Of a DNA stretch of 20,786 nt, positions 6,692 through 14,515 are shown piece by piece. A model generated the notes under the pieces. It was given only the letters and a program-made list of their open reading frames with translations, had not been told where the DNA came from and searched no databases. Source of the DNA: an uncultured Eubacteriales bacterium. Its GTDB lineage: Bacteria; Bacillota; Clostridia; TANB77; RGIG9151. The first letter of the stretch is position 1. The number at the start of each line of letters is the position of its first letter. The translations under genes and the position numbers were made by a program. The stretch lies in assembly GCA_964475435.1 (NCBI GenBank), contig CAYYWT010000014.1, forward strand, positions 1 through 20,786, in the 5' to 3' direction.

Positions 6692-9652
6692 CTACTTGCT
6701 TGCAACCACTATAATTTTTCCTTTATTTATATGGTCTTCTTCCACTTGTATAATATTCATATCAACCTTATTTAATAAAGCTTTAATTGAATACTGTGAA
6801 AAAATATTTACTACTCCGACTTTAGCCCACAAAGGCTTATCAGCTAATTTAGAATAAACATTTTCAAAATCAAAAATACTAAATACAGCTATTCCACCGT
6901 GATTTAATCGACTTGAAATATTTTTTATTTTATCTATCAAATCATACGACGAAGTTATATATTCGTCAACCAATGCTATATCAAATTTCCCACCAATTTT
7001 AGAAATACCAGATACCATATTATACCCTTTAGTACTTCCAACTTCAAATAAACAGTTATCTTCAGAAAATGCAATAATATCTCTGCCATTGCTATATTTT
7101 TTTACACATTCAAATATCTTATATGCACTTTCTATACTTTTTTCATTATATGTCTCTTTAGAAATAGTAAGAAACTTTTTCTTTTCTTTAATCTCATTTT
7201 TCAAGAAAATATGTCTACATTCCTCACATTTCATATATTGAGCAACAACAGGAAAATCATAATCTAACTTTTTATCATCTATATTGCAAAAAGTTGAAAT
7301 CATTCTTGACTGTTTTCCGCATATAGGGCATACTTTATTATAAATTTCTTTCTTCTTTGAAAAAACATAATTAAAATTTCTATGTCCGGTCGGAAGCAAC
7401 TTACCGGACAATAACAAATTCTCACAAAAAGCCTTTTCATAACAATAAAAACTTAAGTCCGGTTTATTAAAATGATTATAAATATCGCCCAATTCATAAT
7501 AACACATATCTTCGCAATAATTAAACTTAAGCGCAATTTTATAGTACTTTTCAGCATAAGCATAAGCCTTTTTAGCCTTAGCTCTACCAGCAAAATCAAA
7601 AAGCTCTTTAATTTGACTACGCATACCTATAATCGGATTATTTTTTATCTCATCACAAAATTTATCAATATTTAAGAAAAATATTTCATCTGAATCAATA
7701 TCTGATAAACTATCTAACTTGCTAAGTTTTTGCATCTCAATATAAGCATCTAATAATTTAAAATAACTCGAAAGTTTTTCATCATCCGCTTCTAAGATTT
7801 CGCATATCAGTGCCAACTCAACACTTAAATATCCGCCTTTTATCGCTTTATCTAAAACAGGCTCAATTTCATCAAAATTACCTTCTCTAAAATAAATAGA
7901 TACTAAAACAAAATCAGCATATATGTTAATGTCTTCATTATTTTCCTTCTTACCCTTAATAACTTCGATACATTTCTTAGCCATATCGTATGAATAACAA
8001 TTAAAATAATAATTTATTACATCATACCACAATTTATCATTCTCAACTTCAAAAGAATTAATATACTTTAATATAGTCTCATCACTTGCTAAAAACGCTA
8101 TTTCCTTAAAAATATCTAAAACAGTTTGATATTCATTTTCACTCACATAAATCGGATTTTCTCCACTAAAGTAAGCATTGATAATTTTGGAGAAATTAGG
8201 TAAAATATTTCCGGCAAGATTAATATACTTTTCTTTCCTATTTCCGACAATAATAGCTGTTGAAACAAACACAAGCGCTCTTAAATCTTTACTTTCATTA
8301 AAAACATTCATATACAAATCTATAACTTCATCAAATTTCTCTGTAAGCAATCTCGATGTAAAGAATGACGAATCAACTTCATTAAACTTTTTATTATATT
8401 TTACAAAATAGTATAAAAAAGTATCGTGGAATTTTGTAATTCTTAAATTCTCTTGTAAAAATTTAAGAATTTCCTTATCTTCCGTATTATATATAGAATT
8501 TAAAAATAAAACTATCTCTTCACTTTTTTGAGTACCTACAATATAAAGTATTCCAATTAACGATCTAACATTAGAGTAATCAGCTTTAATCGAATTAACA
8601 AAGTAATCCAAAGCCTTCATTTTATCTCCCGTTAAGAGTTCATATTCACCCAATATCAAAAACGAGTCAGACGCCTTTGAATAAAACGAATTAACACTAT
8701 CCGGATGCTTTTTTTCAAAATCTTCCGAAAGCTTTAGCGCCTCTTTTAACGCACATATCGCTCGTTTCCTATTTACATTGTAAAACATATTATATTCGTA
8801 ATACTTAAAAATAGGATTTTCCGGGAATAACGTTTGAGAACTTTTTAATAATTCTAATCTTTCTTCAAAAGAATACCTATTTGGTAGTTTATTAACAAGC
8901 TTTAACATATTATCATCTAACGCCGGGCCAATATTATACAAAGAAATTTTTTCTCTATAATCAGAGATACTGGAAATCAATTTATAAAAATAGTCAGCCA
9001 TTTCTACATTTATATTAAGATTTTCTCTTAATCCGTAAAAATAATCTATCGGCGAAGACTTTCCAAGCGCAAAAGTTTTATCCAAAAGCATTTTATTACG
9101 CTTGGCTTTATTAGCTAAAACTTTCCGCATATATCCGGAATGATTAATTACGAATAATTCAGTATATAAAGAAGGCAAAGGTTCGTTTTTTACTTTGTCA
9201 AACAATACTTCATGAATCGGTCGCTCAAACCGTATATTTTTATCTTTTTTAAATACACGTAAAGTACTGCCAACCTCTAAAACTTCAGTTTCATCAGCAA
9301 AATTAACTAATTTACAAGCAACAGCAGAATAACCGTTTTTTACAGTACTCTCTATTGCTTTTTTTATTTGAGAAGCAGAATTACCATCAAACCACTCATC
9401 AGCATCCAAAAAAATAATCCAATCTCCTGTACAATTATCTAATGCAAAATTTTTAGCATCCGAAAAATCGTTTATCCATTCATAATTTAAGACTTTTGCT
9501 CCCGCCTTTTTAGCCACATCTACCGTATCATCAATAGAACCTGTATCTACAATAACAATCTCATCCACATAATCTTTATAGCTATTAATAGATTTCTCTA
9601 TATTCTTTGCTTCATTTTTAGCAATAGTACATGCTGATAACTTTATTCCCAT
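6692..9652 (-). CDS. Multidomain protein: N-terminal GT2 glycosyltransferase, central TPR-like helical repeats, C-terminal 4-Cys zinc ribbon plus methyltransferase-like domain
   Basis: 986-aa uninterrupted ORF with an AGGAGA SD 6 nt before the ATG at 9652. The GT2 signatures are CTIAKNEA, VIVDTGSIDDT and the DxD-type LDADE (aa 82-86). TPR-like pairs occur at, for example, aa 690-745 (AYAYAEKYYKIALKF...LGDIYNHFNKPDLSFYCYEKAF). CPICG...CEEC lies at aa 775-812, followed by LFEVGSTKG and HGGIAVFS. Confidence 0.85.
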   Translation of the reverse strand: MGIKLSACTIAKNEAKNIEKSINSYKDYVDEIVIVDTGSIDDTVDVAKKAGAKVLNYEWINDFSDAKNFALDNCTGDWIIFLDADEWFDGNSASQIKKAIESTVKNGYSAVACKLVNFADETEVLEVGSTLRVFKKDKNIRFERPIHEVLFDKVKNEPLPSLYTELFVINHSGYMRKVLANKAKRNKMLLDKTFALGKSSPIDYFYGLRENLNINVEMADYFYKLISSISDYREKISLYNIGPALDDNMLKLVNKLPNRYSFEERLELLKSSQTLFPENPIFKYYEYNMFYNVNRKRAICALKEALKLSEDFEKKHPDSVNSFYSKASDSFLILGEYELLTGDKMKALDYFVNSIKADYSNVRSLIGILYIVGTQKSEEIVLFLNSIYNTEDKEILKFLQENLRITKFHDTFLYYFVKYNKKFNEVDSSFFTSRLLTEKFDEVIDLYMNVFNESKDLRALVFVSTAIIVGNRKEKYINLAGNILPNFSKIINAYFSGENPIYVSENEYQTVLDIFKEIAFLASDETILKYINSFEVENDKLWYDVINYYFNCYSYDMAKKCIEVIKGKKENNEDINIYADFVLVSIYFREGNFDEIEPVLDKAIKGGYLSVELALICEILEADDEKLSSYFKLLDAYIEMQKLSKLDSLSDIDSDEIFFLNIDKFCDEIKNNPIIGMRSQIKELFDFAGRAKAKKAYAYAEKYYKIALKFNYCEDMCYYELGDIYNHFNKPDLSFYCYEKAFCENLLLSGKLLPTGHRNFNYVFSKKKEIYNKVCPICGKQSRMISTFCNIDDKKLDYDFPVVAQYMKCEECRHIFLKNEIKEKKKFLTISKETYNEKSIESAYKIFECVKKYSNGRDIIAFSEDNCLFEVGSTKGYNMVSGISKIGGKFDIALVDEYITSSYDLIDKIKNISSRLNHGGIAVFSIFDFENVYSKLADKPLWAKVGVVNIFSQYSIKALLNKVDMNIIQVEEDHINKGKIIVVASK

Positions 9653-9751
9653 TTGCCTTCTCCTTTTTCATACGTAATAAAATGTACATCTTAATCATAC
9701 TGTTTAAAAATACTAAAACCAATAATAATGACATTACCTTTTGCCAAGAAA

Positions 9752-10750
9752 TTAATCTGAACAGCAATTCTTTTCAAATCTCCAAGCATCTTCACACATC
9801 TCATTAATGTCAAGTTCTGTTTTCCAATCAAGCTCATTATACGCCTTTGTAGCATCAGCATAAAAAGCTGGTAAATCTCCTGCTCGACGTGCTGTTACTT
9901 CATACGGTATAGTTAAACTATTAGCTTTCTCAAAAGCATTTATAATCTCAAAAACAGAAACACCTTTTCCCCTGCCTAAATTATAAATATTAACTCCAGG
10001 CTTTATCTTTTCAAGAGCCTTTAAGTGACCTTTTGCTAAATCAACAACGTGAATATAATCTCTAATACAGCTTCCATCCGGAGTATCATAATCATTGCCA
10101 AAAACATTTAATTTTGGTAATTTTCCTTTTGCTACTTTCGTAATATATGGCATTAAATTATTTGGTATCCCATTAGGTTCTTCCCCAATTAATCCGCTTT
10201 TATGGGCACCAATAGGATTAAAATATCTAAGAATCGAAAGTGAAAAACTAGGATTTACTTTAGCAACATCAATCAAAATCTTTTCACAAACAGCTTTAGT
10301 CTCGCCATAAGGACTAGTTGCTGGCAATAATTCCATAGTCTCAACAAACGGCGGTTTATTATTGCCATATACAGTTGCCGAAGAAGAAAAAACAAATTTG
10401 TTAACATTAAATTCCAAGCATAATTTAGTCAAATTAATAGTGCTTAAAATATTGTTGTAATAATAATTAAGCGGCTTTTGAACTGATTCACCTACAGCCT
10501 TTAACCCTGCAAAGTGAATTACCCCATCAAAATTATAAGTTTCAAAGATTTTCTTTGTAGCCTCATATTCTGTAACATCAACCTCAAAAAAATCCACCTT
10601 TTTGCCGGTAATCTTTTCAATTTTAGAAATAACCTCTCTTTTACTGTTGATAAGATTATCTGCTACAACTACTGAATACCCTGAGTTTAACAACTCAACA
10701 CAAGTATGGGAACCAATATATCCGGCTCCTCCTGTAACTAAAATATTCAT
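9752..10750 (-). CDS. galE: UDP-glucose 4-epimerase
   Basis: It has MNILVTGGAGYIGSH (NAD-binding GxxGxxG), the SSSATVYG and YGETK catalytic motifs, and the typical length of 332 aa. A GGGAGGAG SD precedes it. Confidence 0.92.
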   Translation of the reverse strand: MNILVTGGAGYIGSHTCVELLNSGYSVVVADNLINSKREVISKIEKITGKKVDFFEVDVTEYEATKKIFETYNFDGVIHFAGLKAVGESVQKPLNYYYNNILSTINLTKLCLEFNVNKFVFSSSATVYGNNKPPFVETMELLPATSPYGETKAVCEKILIDVAKVNPSFSLSILRYFNPIGAHKSGLIGEEPNGIPNNLMPYITKVAKGKLPKLNVFGNDYDTPDGSCIRDYIHVVDLAKGHLKALEKIKPGVNIYNLGRGKGVSVFEIINAFEKANSLTIPYEVTARRAGDLPAFYADATKAYNELDWKTELDINEMCEDAWRFEKNCCSD

Positions 10751-10765
10751 ACTTCTTCTCCTCCC

Positions 10766-11674
10766 TTAATTTTTATTTATAATATCAGGTATAACCCCGA
10801 TAATATCCTTTATATCAAAAGGTAAATTAGCAATAACCTCTATCTTTTTTTGAGTAATCGGATGAATAAAACAAGTTCTATACGAATGTAATGCTTGCCT
10901 ATTAATTAAATTCGTTTCCATATCCGAATATAAACCATCTCCTAATATAGAATGACCAATAGCTTTACAGTGTACTCTTATTTGATGTGTTCTTCCTGTT
11001 TCAAGGTTTAACTTAAGAACCGTAAAACTCTCACATCTTTTTATAACATTAAAATGTGTCACTGCCCTATCTCCATCGGGAGATACCATTCTAAGCATTA
11101 TGCTATTAGTATCTCTTTTTATAGGTAAATCAATTGTACCAAATTCTTCTTTAACTATCCCATTTACAACAGCTATGTATTCTTTTGTGAAAACTCCATT
11201 TTGCATTTGTTTCGTCAATATATCTTGAACATACTCATTTTTCGCTATAACAATAACTCCGGAAGTTTCTCTATCTAACCTATTTACAAAATGTAATTTT
11301 ATATGCTCATTTTTGCTTTCAAAGTAATACTTAACAAAATTAGCCAAAGTTCCATTTTGATGAAGACAAGTCGGATGAACAACCATATTCCCGGGTTTAT
11401 TAATTATAAGAAAGCTGTCATCTTCATAAAGTATCTCTAATTCGTAAGGTTCAGCCACTATATTTTCCGCATTCCCATAAGACGCGATATTTAACGAAAT
11501 TTCATCACCAACTTTCGCCATTCCGTTAATCCAAGCTTCCTTACCATTACAATAAATACATTTATTCAATTTCAATTTCCTCAGTAAACGAGAAGAAACA
11601 TCAAACTCTTTAATAATAATATTCTTTATAGTATCTTCTTCTTTTACAATACATTTAAGCCAAGTCTCTTTCAA
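10766..11674 (-). CDS. RluA-family 23S rRNA pseudouridine synthase (RluD-like, with N-terminal S4 domain)
   Basis: It carries the catalytic motif VNRLDRETSGVIVIAK and the C-terminal GRTHQIRVH. The TTG start lies 9 nt after AAAGGAG. Confidence 0.88.
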   Translation of the reverse strand: MKETWLKCIVKEEDTIKNIIIKEFDVSSRLLRKLKLNKCIYCNGKEAWINGMAKVGDEISLNIASYGNAENIVAEPYELEILYEDDSFLIINKPGNMVVHPTCLHQNGTLANFVKYYFESKNEHIKLHFVNRLDRETSGVIVIAKNEYVQDILTKQMQNGVFTKEYIAVVNGIVKEEFGTIDLPIKRDTNSIMLRMVSPDGDRAVTHFNVIKRCESFTVLKLNLETGRTHQIRVHCKAIGHSILGDGLYSDMETNLINRQALHSYRTCFIHPITQKKIEVIANLPFDIKDIIGVIPDIINKN

Positions 11675-11704
11675 AATAAAATACTCCTTTTTGATTAGTA
11701 AAAA

Positions 11705-12694
11705 CTATAAACACATATGATCTCTTCCAAGTTGAGTAACAATTCTTCCTCGAGGAGTTCGACTAATAAAACCTAATTGAAGTAAATATGGCTCATAAAC
11801 ATCCTCAATTGTATCAGAATCTTCGCCAATAGCAGCAGCCAATGTATCCAAACCAACAGGACCACCTGCAAAATTCTTTATAATCGCATTTAGCATAATT
11901 CTATCTATATTATCAAGTCCCAACTCATCAATCTCAAGTTTTTCTAAAGCGGTTTGGGCAATCTTTAAAGTTATCTTGCCATCCCCCTTTACTTGAGCAT
12001 AATCCCTTACACGTTTTAATAGCCTATTAGCAATTCTCGGCGTACCACGTGAACGTGAAGAAATTTCAAGTAAAGCCTCATCTTCAATTTCAGTTTTTAA
12101 AATTTCAGCTGAACGTTTAACAATTTTAGATAAATCTTCGGGAGTATAAAGTTCTAACCTTTGGATAACGCCAAATCTATCTCTTAAAGGAGACGTAAGC
12201 ATTCCCGCCTTTGTCGTCGCTCCGATTAACGTAAATTTAGGTAAGTCTAATCTTATAGACCTAGCCGAAGGACCTTTGCCGATAATTATATCTAACGCAA
12301 AATCTTCCAAAGCAGGATACAATACCTCTTCCACGCTTCTATTCATTCTATGAATTTCATCTATAAATAAAACATCGCCCTCACTCAAATTAGTAAGTAT
12401 CGCCGCTAAATCCCCTGCACGTTCAATCGCAGGACCGGAAGTAATTCGTATATTAACGCCTATTTCATTAGCAATAATATTCGCAAGCGTTGTTTTACCA
12501 AGGCCCGGTGGACCATATAACAAAATATGATCCAACGCTTCATTTCTTAATTTTGCGGCCTCAATAAATACCATTAAATTTTCTTTTACTTTATTTTGCC
12601 CGGTATATTCTTTTAACCATTTAGGACGCAAAGAAGTTTCTTCTACATCTTCTTCTTTCATTCCCGGGCAAACAATTCTTTCATCTTCATTCAT
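11705..12694 (-). CDS. ruvB: Holliday junction branch migration ATPase RuvB
   Basis: It has Walker [12 protein letters not shown], Walker B LFIDEIHR, sensor and arginine-finger regions, and the C-terminal winged-helix [18 protein letters not shown]. An AAGGAG SD precedes it. Confidence 0.97.
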   Translation of the reverse strand: MNEDERIVCPGMKEEDVEETSLRPKWLKEYTGQNKVKENLMVFIEAAKLRNEALDHILLYGPPGLGKTTLANIIANEIGVNIRITSGPAIERAGDLAAILTNLSEGDVLFIDEIHRMNRSVEEVLYPALEDFALDIIIGKGPSARSIRLDLPKFTLIGATTKAGMLTSPLRDRFGVIQRLELYTPEDLSKIVKRSAEILKTEIEDEALLEISSRSRGTPRIANRLLKRVRDYAQVKGDGKITLKIAQTALEKLEIDELGLDNIDRIMLNAIIKNFAGGPVGLDTLAAAIGEDSDTIEDVYEPYLLQLGFISRTPRGRIVTQLGRDHMCL

Positions 12695-12721
12695 TACAAA
12701 ATGCTCCTTATATTATTAAAG

Positions 12722-13798
12722 TTAATCGCCAAAACTAATTCCCATCGTTCTTGCAACATTAATTAACTCATGATTTACAGGTACTGTTTTTAATTGACCA
12801 ACAGCTTCTTCTAAAGAAACATATGAAACTTGTCCGTCTACTAAAGCAACCATTTTACCGAATATTCCTTGCATAGCAAGTTCCATAGCTTTAACTCCAT
12901 ATCTTGTAGATAAAACCCTATCATAAGGAGAAGTTTGACCACCTCTTTGGATATGACCTAAAACAGTAGCACGAGTTTCAATTCCTAATCTTTCTTCAAT
13001 ATCATCAGCTAGCTTGTTCGCAATTCCACCAAGTCTTATAGCATCAGGACTATATTTTAATACTTTTCTTACAACAACTTCCCCATCTTTAGGCTTAGCT
13101 CCTTCAGAAACAGCAACAATTGTATAATGTTTTCCGTTATCAGTTCTCTCACGAATAGCCTCACATACTTTATCCAAATCATAAGGAATCTCAGGGATTA
13201 AAATAACAGATGCAGCTCCTGCAATTCCAGCCTCTAAAGTAAGCCAACCGGCATATCTTCCCATTATTTCAACAACCGCAACTCTGTTATGAGATTCAGA
13301 CGTAGTTTTTAATTTATCAATAGCTTCAGTTACAGTAGTAACCGCTGTATTAAATCCAAAAGTAACATCTGTTGCATTTAGATCATTATCAATCGTCTTA
13401 GGAACACCAATTACAGGGAAACCTAATCTCGCAAAATCTCTTCCAGAAGTAAGCGTTCCATCTCCGCCAATAACAAATAGACAATCAACTCCATGATTTT
13501 TCAAAATTTCAATACAATGACCGGACATATCTACCGGTTTTGAATCTCTTGTTTTTAAAAATTGGAAAGGATTATCTTTATTAGAACTTCCTAAAATCGT
13601 TCCACCTTTATCTATAATACCTCTAACCGTTTGCGCAGTAAGCGGAACCCACCTGTTTTCAACTAAACCTCTGTATCCTTCTTGAAAACCTATAACTTCC
13701 AAACCATACTTCTCAGTAGCCGATTTAGTAATAGCTCTAATTACGGCATTAAGTCCGGGACAATCTCCACCCGCAGTTAAAATAGCAACTTTTTTCAT
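12722..13798 (-). CDS. 6-phosphofructokinase (PfkA superfamily; phosphoryl donor not decidable from motifs)
   Basis: PFK-family motifs present: MKKVAILTAGGDCPGLNAVIRA, IGGDGTLTS, PKTIDNDL, MGRYAGW and GHIQRGG. A GAGGGGGA SD precedes it. Confidence 0.92.
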   Translation of the reverse strand: MKKVAILTAGGDCPGLNAVIRAITKSATEKYGLEVIGFQEGYRGLVENRWVPLTAQTVRGIIDKGGTILGSSNKDNPFQFLKTRDSKPVDMSGHCIEILKNHGVDCLFVIGGDGTLTSGRDFARLGFPVIGVPKTIDNDLNATDVTFGFNTAVTTVTEAIDKLKTTSESHNRVAVVEIMGRYAGWLTLEAGIAGAASVILIPEIPYDLDKVCEAIRERTDNGKHYTIVAVSEGAKPKDGEVVVRKVLKYSPDAIRLGGIANKLADDIEERLGIETRATVLGHIQRGGQTSPYDRVLSTRYGVKAMELAMQGIFGKMVALVDGQVSYVSLEEAVGQLKTVPVNHELINVARTMGISFGD

Positions 13799-13820
13799 TC
13801 GTAATTCCCCCTCAATATAT

Positions 13821-14333
13821 TTAAATAATTAATTCTAAAGTCTTAACATCAATTATAATATCGCATTTTTTCTTAATTTTATCAATACCATTTTCAAGAT
13901 TTATTTTAAGACCTTCAGATTTCAATACTTTATCAGCAATTCTTCTCGAACGCGGATAATCCGGAATAGTTAAAAATCTACAATATTTTGTAATATTTAG
14001 TATTATTTTTTCAGCCAGTCTTGCATCATCCTGTTGAAAAACGAACGCTAAATCAAGCGGACCAAAATCTTCAAACCTTTTTTTAAACTTTTGTTCAAAA
14101 TAAATAGGTAAATACTCATCTTCCGCCTCAACTGTTATTCCCTTTTTTTCAGCATATTTAACTATTTTCTTATGATATTCAGGCAAAGTGATGATATCAT
14201 AGTTAGCATTACTAAGCTGATTTATTATGTTTTTATATCCGCCTTTTCCGTAAATATCTACTTCAACAATAGGATTACCAAAAAGCCATCTTTCATTACA
14301 CATATGAAGTCTTGCTATTTTTATTCTTTTCAT
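13821..14333 (-). CDS. Hypothetical protein (170 aa), no family recognised
   Basis: The ORF is open over 172 codons. The track start at 14339 is TTG. The ATG at 14333 lies 9 nt after GAGGT, so I use it. The gene ends 22 nt before the pfk start. The pattern of alternating hydrophobic strands and helices suggests a small alpha/beta fold, but this is only an impression. Confidence 0.6.
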   Translation of the reverse strand: MKRIKIARLHMCNERWLFGNPIVEVDIYGKGGYKNIINQLSNANYDIITLPEYHKKIVKYAEKKGITVEAEDEYLPIYFEQKFKKRFEDFGPLDLAFVFQQDDARLAEKIILNITKYCRFLTIPDYPRSRRIADKVLKSEGLKINLENGIDKIKKKCDIIIDVKTLELII

Positions 14334-14374
14334 ACTCAATTAACCTCAATCATTTTTATTAACTACTAATCTAT

Positions 14375-14388
14375 TATAATTAATTATA
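14375..14388. repeat. Perfect 14-bp palindrome TATAATTAATTATA in the divergent intergenic region
   Basis: Read directly: 14375-14381 TATAATT is the reverse complement of 14382-14388 AATTATA. It therefore presents a TATAAT hexamer on each strand. Confidence 0.9.
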
Positions 14389-14448
14389 TGAATTTTTTAC
14401 AGATTATTTTTTAATTTTATCATAAAATTAGTATTCCGTATCATTTAT

Positions 14449-14477
14449 TTGACGATAAACAACTAATATGATAAATT
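14449..14477 (+). promoter_or_regulatory. Putative sigma-A-type promoter for the GT2/GtrA pair
   Basis: TTGACG (14449-14454), a 17-nt spacer and TAAATT (14472-14477), preceded by TG-n (extended -10). It lies ~40 nt upstream of the ATG at 14516, which has a GAGGT SD. Confidence 0.4.
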
Positions 14478-14515
14478 ATTTATGTGTTTAATCAAGTTGA
14501 AATGAGGTAATATAT

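Noticed and set aside
9618-9734. A 38-codon hydrophobic ORF (MSLLLVLVFLNSMIKMYILLRMKKEKANGNKVISMYYC) in the galE-GT intergenic region, running into the start of the 986-aa gene in another frame. I considered it as a possible peptide substrate for a SunS-like glycosyltransferase.
   Set aside because: The only purine-rich stretch (AAAAGG) ends 2 nt before the ATG, which is too close to act as an SD. Half of the ORF is an off-frame read of the GT coding sequence. It has no leader or core features of a glycocin-type peptide.
9653-9751. A possible promoter (TTGGCA...TATTAT) or terminator in the 99-nt gap between galE and the 986-aa gene.
   Set aside because: The hexamer spacing is poor: about 14 nt to TATTAT, while 17 nt only reaches TATTGG. 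The only inverted repeat, TAATG/CATTA, is 5 bp with no U-tract. I cannot support either call, so read-through from galE remains the default.
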